Source: a virus. From it: a DNA stretch of 21,929 nucleotides. The first letter of the stretch is position 1, and each line of letters opens with the position of its first letter. The stretch lies in IMG/VR virus record IMGVR_UViG_3300013232_000807; one strand, written 5' to 3'. The position numbers and the translations under genes were made by a program. Positions 8,053 to 13,412 of the stretch are shown piece by piece. The notes beneath the pieces are model-generated. The model was not told where the DNA came from and searched no databases. It saw only the letters and a program-made list of their open reading frames with translations.

Positions 8053-8347
8053 CTACGCGAAGAACGACCCAGGAGGATGGTGCGGCGACAAGAGCCGCGG
8101 CGCCGCCCTCGGACGTGCCACGATCACCGACGAGCCCAAGGACTTCGCCGGGAAGCTGAGCGTGCAGCGCGTGCGCCTCAACTCCGGCGGCTACGACAAG
8201 AACGGCACCTACTTCGGTCACGGACAGCCCCTGTACTGGTGCGCGAACGAGGAGTGCACCGTCGACTTCATGCTACGCGCACGAGACCGCGAGGATGCGG
8301 TCTCGCAGGTGCGCCAGGACTACCCCAACGCCAAGATCAGGAGGTGA
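8045..8347 (+). CDS. hypothetical protein (100 aa)
   Basis: GAGG lies 7 nt upstream of the ATG. GC3-rich. Confidence 0.6.
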   Translation: MPDYAKNDPGGWCGDKSRGAALGRATITDEPKDFAGKLSVQRVRLNSGGYDKNGTYFGHGQPLYWCANEECTVDFMLRARDREDAVSQVRQDYPNAKIRR

Positions 8348-8350
8348 TCT

Positions 8351-8656
8351 GTGCCGAACAAGCTCGAGTGGGTCGAGCCCGCTCTCGCGTTTCGCCTGCT
8401 GGACGGGCGCCCCGTGTTCCACGTCTACAAGAACGACACGGACACCGAGATGCTCCGCTACCACTACACGCTGAGCGCGAGCTCGGAGGACGAGGAGTCG
8501 CGCGAGTTCCTCTTCGACGTGCGTGACCTCGAGGCGAAGTTCTCCTGGGGAGGTGAGCACCCCGAGCTCCCCCAGGACCCCAGGTGGGACATCGCAACGC
8601 ACATGTGCATCGTCCAGCGTGCCTACGCCGCCGGCATGCTGAACGTGCCGGAATGA
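8351..8656 (+). CDS. hypothetical protein (101 aa)
   Basis: AGGAGG (8339-8344) lies 6 nt before the GTG at 8351. Confidence 0.6.
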   Translation: MPNKLEWVEPALAFRLLDGRPVFHVYKNDTDTEMLRYHYTLSASSEDEESREFLFDVRDLEAKFSWGGEHPELPQDPRWDIATHMCIVQRAYAAGMLNVPE

Positions 8657-8895
8657 CGGTCGAAGTCGGGAAGGTCTACACCTTCGCCGGCCGAGGAGAG
8701 CTCCTCGTGGAGGAGCTCCCCGACCCTCCGAGGAAGACGACCATCACCGTGCTCGGGCACGGCAACATCCGCGCCTGGATGGGCGTGGACGAGGTCGTGG
8801 GCGAACCCACCCCGGAGGTAGTCGAGCGACGGCGACAGGAGGCCGCTGCTCGTCTCGTGGGGTGCCGAGCCTCGGACTGCTGGTGTCGTCGGTGA
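8653..8895 (+). CDS. hypothetical protein (80 aa)
   Basis: ATGA overlap. Confidence 0.55.
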   Translation: MTVEVGKVYTFAGRGELLVEELPDPPRKTTITVLGHGNIRAWMGVDEVVGEPTPEVVERRRQEAAARLVGCRASDCWCRR

Positions 8896-9185
8896 GCCTC
8901 AGCACCTTCGAGAGGTGGTGGTTCCGGCGCACCGACGCAGAGCGAGACCTGCACGAGCTCCGTGAGTCGCCGAGCGAGCCGGCCGGCATCCGCTGCGGCA
9001 GCGAGTGGTGCACTGCGTTCGGCGACCCTGCAGCCGCCTGCGGGGACCACAAGGGCGTCTACGCTGGACTCGTGCACATGAACCGCGCCCAGCGCGCAGA
9101 AGCGCGGGACGCAGGGCAGCCCTACGAGCACGGGAGGCTCTGGTACGACCCGCGCTTCGACGAGAAGCCCGAAGGAGAGTCATGA
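8892..9185 (+). CDS. Cys-rich hypothetical protein (97 aa; alternative GTG start at 8862)
   Basis: GTGA overlap at 8892. Contains CGSEWCTAFGDPAAACGDH. Confidence 0.5.
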   Translation: MSLSTFERWWFRRTDAERDLHELRESPSEPAGIRCGSEWCTAFGDPAAACGDHKGVYAGLVHMNRAQRAEARDAGQPYEHGRLWYDPRFDEKPEGES

Positions 9186-9802
9186 ACGAGAAGCATCTCC
9201 GCGCACGCATCGACCAGTGCTTGCGGAACGCGGAACTCTCCCGCTGCCCTCGGCGGAAGTTCGGCGCCATGATCGTCGACCCGCACACTAACAGCATCAT
9301 CTCGGACGGCTACAACGGCCCTCCCCGGGGCGAAGAGGGCCTCTGCGAGGGCGACCACTGCGTGCGCGAGGGTCTCGTGCCCGCGGACTTCACCATCGAG
9401 CCGTACCCGGGCACCGCTGGGATGTACAAGACCCAGAACTCCAAGAACTGCCAGAACTTCGCCGGTACGCGCGCGGAGTGCCGTGCCTGGATCGACCGCA
9501 TGTGCGAGGCGCACCCGCCGATCGCCTCCGGTACGAGGATGGAGCTTGGGTGCCACCACGCGGAGGCGAACGTGCTGGGCAACGCACTTCGCCGCGGCGC
9601 GTCGGTCCTGGGGGCCTGGCTCATCGTGACGGGCGAGCCCTGCATGATGTGCGCGAAGTTCATCCACCACGCCGGCATCGCCAAGGTCTTCGTGGTGCAG
9701 GGTGGCTACGCCGGCGGGATCGCCGGCGTGGAGTACCTGAAGAGGTACCTGGTCGAGGTGGAGTACGTGGACGGCCCGGCCGACCCGAGGACTGCGTCGT
9801 GA
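9182..9802 (+). CDS. dCMP deaminase (cytidine/deoxycytidylate deaminase zinc-binding fold)
   Basis: ATGA overlap. Contains CHHAEANVL (H-A-E zinc/catalytic motif) and PCMMCAKFI (PCxxC zinc motif). Confidence 0.8.
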   Translation: MNEKHLRARIDQCLRNAELSRCPRRKFGAMIVDPHTNSIISDGYNGPPRGEEGLCEGDHCVREGLVPADFTIEPYPGTAGMYKTQNSKNCQNFAGTRAECRAWIDRMCEAHPPIASGTRMELGCHHAEANVLGNALRRGASVLGAWLIVTGEPCMMCAKFIHHAGIAKVFVVQGGYAGGIAGVEYLKRYLVEVEYVDGPADPRTAS

Positions 9803-10071
9803 AGACCATCGGTGCCATCACGGCCAAGCTCTACAAGTGCGTCCACTGCGGGCACGAAGCGGTGCAGAGCACCAACCACTACGGCGAGACCTACGGGCCC
9901 TGCGAGAACTTCCAGTGCGTCTCTCGGCGCCCGATGACCAACGCGACGTACCGCCCGCCGCGGCACGAGTGCCTGTCCCCGCTCCCCGAGGGATGGGGAC
10001 GCCCGGAGCCGTGGAAGGAAACGAACCTCGGTGAGTTCTTCGGGGTGGTCGGGGGCAAGGGCCCGTCGTGA
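9799..10071 (+). CDS. small zinc-ribbon protein (90 aa)
   Basis: GTGA overlap. Contains CVHCGHE...CENFQC. Confidence 0.55.
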   Translation: MKTIGAITAKLYKCVHCGHEAVQSTNHYGETYGPCENFQCVSRRPMTNATYRPPRHECLSPLPEGWGRPEPWKETNLGEFFGVVGGKGPS

Positions 10072-10403
10072 GTCCGGGCTGGTGGGTCTACATCCTCCGG
10101 TGCAGCGACGGCAGGATGTACGTCGGCACCTCCCCAGACCCAGAGCGGCGCCTGCGCCAGCACAACGGAGAACTGTCGGGCGGTGCCCGTTTTACCCAGA
10201 GACGGCGCCCGGTGGCGCTCATCTACGTCGAGTTCATCGGCGACAAGATCCTCGCCCTGCGCGTGGAGTGGCGCCTGAAACGCGCCTCTGCCGAGTGGAA
10301 GCGCGCGCTCATCCGCGGGGAACACGAAGGGCTGCGCCTCAGCGAGCTCAGCGTCATCCCGATCGCCAGGCGGCGCAGACGGCGCCGCCGCAAGACCTCC
10401 TGA
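10068..10403 (+). CDS. GIY-YIG nuclease family protein (YhbQ/UPF0213-like)
   Basis: GTGA overlap. WVYILRCSDGRMYVGTSPDPERRLRQHN matches the GIY-YIG core of the YhbQ family ([27 protein letters not shown]). Confidence 0.8.
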   Translation: MSPGWWVYILRCSDGRMYVGTSPDPERRLRQHNGELSGGARFTQRRRPVALIYVEFIGDKILALRVEWRLKRASAEWKRALIRGEHEGLRLSELSVIPIARRRRRRRRKTS

Positions 10404-10434
10404 ATCCCCCAACTGCTACGAACGAGAAACCAAC

Positions 10435-11922
10435 ATGGACCTGCATTTCTCCGTCGATGACCCCGAGGTCGTCCACTACCTCACCAAGGCCAGCGACCAG
10501 GACCTCCTGCAGCGTGCGCGCACCGCGCTCCGCATCGGCGTGCTCGCCCTCAGCAGCGCCGAAGGCGTCATCGACGCCGAGGCCATCAAGCGCGAGGGTG
10601 CCGCCATCGTGGGCGGTGTCCGCTCGATGCTCGACGCCCACGCGTTCGAGGTGAGCCAGAAGGTCGGCAGCGCCCTGGGCGCGTACCTGGACCCCAAGAC
10701 CGGGGCCTTCCAGCAGGGCATCGAGCGGCTCGTGGCGCGCGAGGGGCTCGTGGTGAAGGACCTCGAGACGGCCATGCTCGCGCACGTCGGCGAGAGCGGC
10801 ACCGTGGCCCGCACGATCGCGCGCATGGTGGGCGAGGGCAGTCCCCTCCTCCGCCTGCTCGACCCCAAGCAGCGCGAGAGCCTCCTCGCGCAGGTGGAGG
10901 CCGTGCTCGGCAAGTCCCTCGAGGCGCAGCGCGCGGCCGTGGCGCAGGAGTTCAGCCTCGACCGCCCCGACTCCGCCCTGTCCCACCTCGTGCGCGAGAT
11001 CACGGAGCGCAACGCCTCCTTCAGCCGGGAGCTCTCGCTCGACCACGCGGACTCCGCGCTGTCTCGACTCGTGGGGCGCGTCGAGGAGGCCCAGCGCCTC
11101 ACCGTCGCCCAGTTCAGCCTGGACAACGCGGACAGCGGCATGACCCGCATGCGCGGGCTGATCGACGAGCACTTCCGCACGCTCGGAGAGGCGCAGCAGG
11201 CGTTCCAGACCAGCGTGCTGGAGATGCTGGTGCGCTTCGACGAGAAGAAGAAGGTCGCGGCGACCGGCACCCAGCACGGACAGGCGTTCGAGTACGCGCT
11301 GCTCACCACCCTGGAGGCCCTGGCGGAGGGCGCCGGCGAGCTCTTCGACGCCACGGGCATGACCACCGGCCTCGTGCGCAACTGCAAGGTCGGCGACGCG
11401 GTCATCACCATCGGGCCCGACCGGTTGGGTGCCGGGCAGAAGATCGTCTACGAGGCCAAGGAGGACCAGTCCTACGGGGACACCAAGGCCCTGCAGGAGA
11501 TCGAGCTCGGGATGAAGAACCGGGACGCGCGCGTCGGCGTCTTCGTGTTCAGCAAGCGCACGGCCCCCGAGGGGATGAAGCCGCTGCGGCGCATCGGCGA
11601 CGCCGTCCTGGTCGTGTGGGACCAGGAGGACGAGCGGTCCCACGTCTACCTCGAGGCGGCGCACGCCCTGGCCACGGCGCTCATCGCCAAGGCCGCGCGT
11701 GAGAAGGACAGCGTCCAGTTCGACTTCAGCAAGGTCGACACCGAGATCGCCGAGATCGAGAAGATGGTCGAGCGCGTGGCGAACATCGGGAAGAAGTGCG
11801 AGACCATCCGCTCCGCGGCGAACAGCATCGAGGAGGAGGTCCGCATCACGAGCGAGAAGATCGGGGGCAGCGTGCGGCGCCTGCGGGCGCAGGTCGCGAG
11901 CCTCAAGGTCGAGCTCGAGTAG
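10435..11922 (+). CDS. helical-repeat protein with C-terminal PD-(D/E)xK nuclease-like domain (495 aa)
   Basis: A long GC3-rich ORF. The C-terminal region reads AFEYALL...GDAVITIGPD-x11-YEAKED, fitting E...PD...ExK. The N-terminal half is alpha-helical and carries three 27-aa repeats. Confidence 0.75.
   Translation: MDLHFSVDDPEVVHYLTKASDQDLLQRARTALRIGVLALSSAEGVIDAEAIKREGAAIVGGVRSMLDAHAFEVSQKVGSALGAYLDPKTGAFQQGIERLVAREGLVVKDLETAMLAHVGESGTVARTIARMVGEGSPLLRLLDPKQRESLLAQVEAVLGKSLEAQRAAVAQEFSLDRPDSALSHLVREITERNASFSRELSLDHADSALSRLVGRVEEAQRLTVAQFSLDNADSGMTRMRGLIDEHFRTLGEAQQAFQTSVLEMLVRFDEKKKVAATGTQHGQAFEYALLTTLEALAEGAGELFDATGMTTGLVRNCKVGDAVITIGPDRLGAGQKIVYEAKEDQSYGDTKALQEIELGMKNRDARVGVFVFSKRTAPEGMKPLRRIGDAVLVVWDQEDERSHVYLEAAHALATALIAKAAREKDSVQFDFSKVDTEIAEIEKMVERVANIGKKCETIRSAANSIEEEVRITSEKIGGSVRRLRAQVASLKVELE
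10945..11163 (+). repeat. three in-frame tandem copies of an 81-nt (27-aa) unit inside the 10435 CDS
   Basis: The three units are QEFSLDRPDSALSHLVREI / RELSLDHADSALSRLVGRV / AQFSLDNADSGMTRMRGLI. At DNA level they read gagttcagcctcgaccgccccgactccgcc..., gagctctcgctcgaccacgcggactccgcg... and cagttcagcctggacaacgcggacagcggc.... Confidence 0.6.
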
Positions 11923-11923
11923 G

Positions 11924-12151
11924 TCAGGCGGAGCGCGCTCCCTCCAGCGGGGGAGTGCGCTCGTTAGCCCCTACCTCCTCGGTGGCCTCTTCCTCTTCTG
12001 TCTTCGGGGTGGAGGACTCAGCCGCGACGGAGCGCAGTCTGGTGGAGAGGCTCTTGGCGATGACGGGTGTGCACGCGGAGGCCGTGAAGGCGCCGAGTGC
12101 CTCTCCCACCGTCACCTGGCGTGCCAGGCTGTGCATGCGGTCGAACGACAT
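11924..12151 (-). CDS. small acidic hypothetical protein (75 aa), translationally coupled to 12151..12615
   Basis: ATG at 12151-12149 overlaps the TGA of the upstream minus-strand gene (TGATG). Mostly GC3-rich. Its 3' end overlaps the hairpin at 11931-11962, which lowers confidence. Confidence 0.35.
   Translation of the reverse strand: MSFDRMHSLARQVTVGEALGAFTASACTPVIAKSLSTRLRSVAAESSTPKTEEEEATEEVGANERTPPLEGARSA
11931..11969 (+). terminator. candidate (possibly bidirectional) terminator hairpin followed by TCGTTAGCC
   Basis: 12-bp stem GAGCGCGCTCCC / GGGAGTGCGCTC (one G-U pair) with loop TCCAGCGG, 9 nt after the stop at 11922. Confidence 0.5.
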
Positions 12152-12615
12152 CAGCGGCGCTCGGCCGGGGACTCGATGGCGGGGGGAGTGACACTCGGGA
12201 CGAACTTGTCGGCCAGGTACGAGACGCCCAGCAAGTTCAGGATGACCATCACGACTCCAAGGAGAAGCAGCTGAAGCGGCTGTGATGTCCATAGCCGATT
12301 CATCCACGCTTCGCGCATCCCGCGCTCTTCCTTGTCGCTTTCCTTCTTCGCCTTCGCATTCGCGACGTCGAAGGCGAGTCGGTCCTCTTCCACCTTCGCG
12401 ATCCGCGTCAGCGCGTTCGCCGCCGCACCGGCCGCAGCGGCCGCAGCCGTGGTCGCTTGCGTATTCTGGTCCACGGACTTCTCAACGGCCTCGAGACGGC
12501 CGCCAAGCCGCTCGAGGGCTCGTGTGGACTCGATCATCCACTCCTGAACAGGATCCATGAGGTCCCTCTCCTTCACTGCGGTAGGGCGGTCGTCGACTGG
12601 GTCAGTGGGCGGCAT
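12151..12615 (-). CDS. tail-anchored membrane protein (154 aa; Ala-rich, C-terminal TM helix)
   Basis: Minus-strand ATG at 12615-12613 is preceded by GAGG. The hydrophobic stretch QPLQLLLLGVVMVILNLLGVSYL lies near the C-terminus. Codon usage is less GC3-biased than in neighbouring genes. Confidence 0.6.
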   Translation of the reverse strand: MPPTDPVDDRPTAVKERDLMDPVQEWMIESTRALERLGGRLEAVEKSVDQNTQATTAAAAAAGAAANALTRIAKVEEDRLAFDVANAKAKKESDKEERGMREAWMNRLWTSQPLQLLLLGVVMVILNLLGVSYLADKFVPSVTPPAIESPAERR

Positions 12616-12688
12616 CGAGGACCTCGGAGGTGGATTCTAACAGGTCGCCCCATCCCCAAGAACAGACGAATACCAGCCCCCGACCGGG

Positions 12689-12694
12689 CATAAG
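12689..12694 (+). promoter_or_regulatory. CATAAG motif upstream of 12721 gene (divergent intergenic region)
   Basis: Sequence ccgaccgggCATAAGgagatgtccaagggagg lies 26 nt upstream of the ATG at 12721. Confidence 0.4.
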
Positions 12695-12720
12695 GAGATG
12701 TCCAAGGGAGGACCATCATC

Positions 12721-12987
12721 ATGAGCGATCGCAAGAGCTACAGGTTCAGCATCGGAGACCGTGTGCAGGTCTCCGCAGCGAGGGAAGGTCGTGACCCCGG
12801 CGGCATCGGCGAGGTCACGGCGCGGGAGTCGAAGGAGGACAACAGCGGCGAGACCCTCCTCTACCGCGTGAAGATCGACGGCCACCCCGGCCAGGAGCGG
12901 CTGGCCTCCGAGAAGGGCCGCCGGAATCTCGGGTTCTGGTACGCCGACGAGCTCGTCAACCCCGCCCCCTACGCCACCACCACCTGA
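12721..12987 (+). CDS. small hypothetical protein (88 aa)
   Basis: RBS GGGAGG precedes the ATG. GC3-rich. Confidence 0.6.
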   Translation: MSDRKSYRFSIGDRVQVSAAREGRDPGGIGEVTARESKEDNSGETLLYRVKIDGHPGQERLASEKGRRNLGFWYADELVNPAPYATTT

Positions 12988-13005
12988 CAACCACGAGAGG
13001 TGAAC

Positions 13006-13290
13006 ATGCAGCGCATCCGCATCTTCCGCCCCGAGGGCGACGAGTACGAGTACAAGAAGACGATCCTCATGCAGGACGCCGACCTCCACGCGACCGGCCA
13101 GGCCCTCGTGGCGGAGCACGGCGTCGAGGTCGGGGACATCGCCTACTGGGGGGACTACTACTTCCGCCTCGACAAGACCGAGGGGGACGTGGTTCGGTGG
13201 ACGAACCTCCCGCCGAACCGCCCCGAGGTCCAGGGCCTGTACTCGAAGGCCGTGGAGGCGGAGCGCCCGGTCGGCGACCCCTGGTCGTGA
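13006..13290 (+). CDS. small hypothetical acidic protein (94 aa)
   Basis: GAGAGG (12995-13000) lies 5 nt before the ATG at 13006, with an in-frame GTG at 13000. Confidence 0.6.
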   Translation: MQRIRIFRPEGDEYEYKKTILMQDADLHATGQALVAEHGVEVGDIAYWGDYYFRLDKTEGDVVRWTNLPPNRPEVQGLYSKAVEAERPVGDPWS

Positions 13291-13296
13291 GAGATG

Positions 13297-13334
13297 CGGC
13301 CGTCCCCTTCCGGGGGCGCGCCGTACTCTTAGCC
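13297..13334 (+). terminator. candidate terminator hairpin followed by TACTCTTAGCC
   Basis: Stem CGGCCGTCCCC / GGGGGCG(c)GCCG with loop TTCC (13297-13323, one bulge), then tactCTTAGCC. Confidence 0.4.
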
Positions 13335-13357
13335 GTGAAATAGCGTGGTTGTTCCTA

Positions 13358-13363
13358 CATAAG
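13358..13363 (+). promoter_or_regulatory. CATAAG motif upstream of MVP-homologue gene
   Basis: Sequence gttcctaCATAAGgactctgcgg lies 49 nt upstream of the ATG at 13413, giving a long leader. Confidence 0.4.
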
Positions 13364-13412
13364 GACTCTGCGGCGGAAGATCCCGCACGCGTCACCCCAG
13401 AGGAACATCAAC

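Noticed and set aside
8862-8891. Alternative GTG start at 8862 for the Cys-rich protein
   Set aside because: The GTG at 8892 forms the recurrent GTGA coupling with the upstream stop. I keep 8862 only as an alternative.
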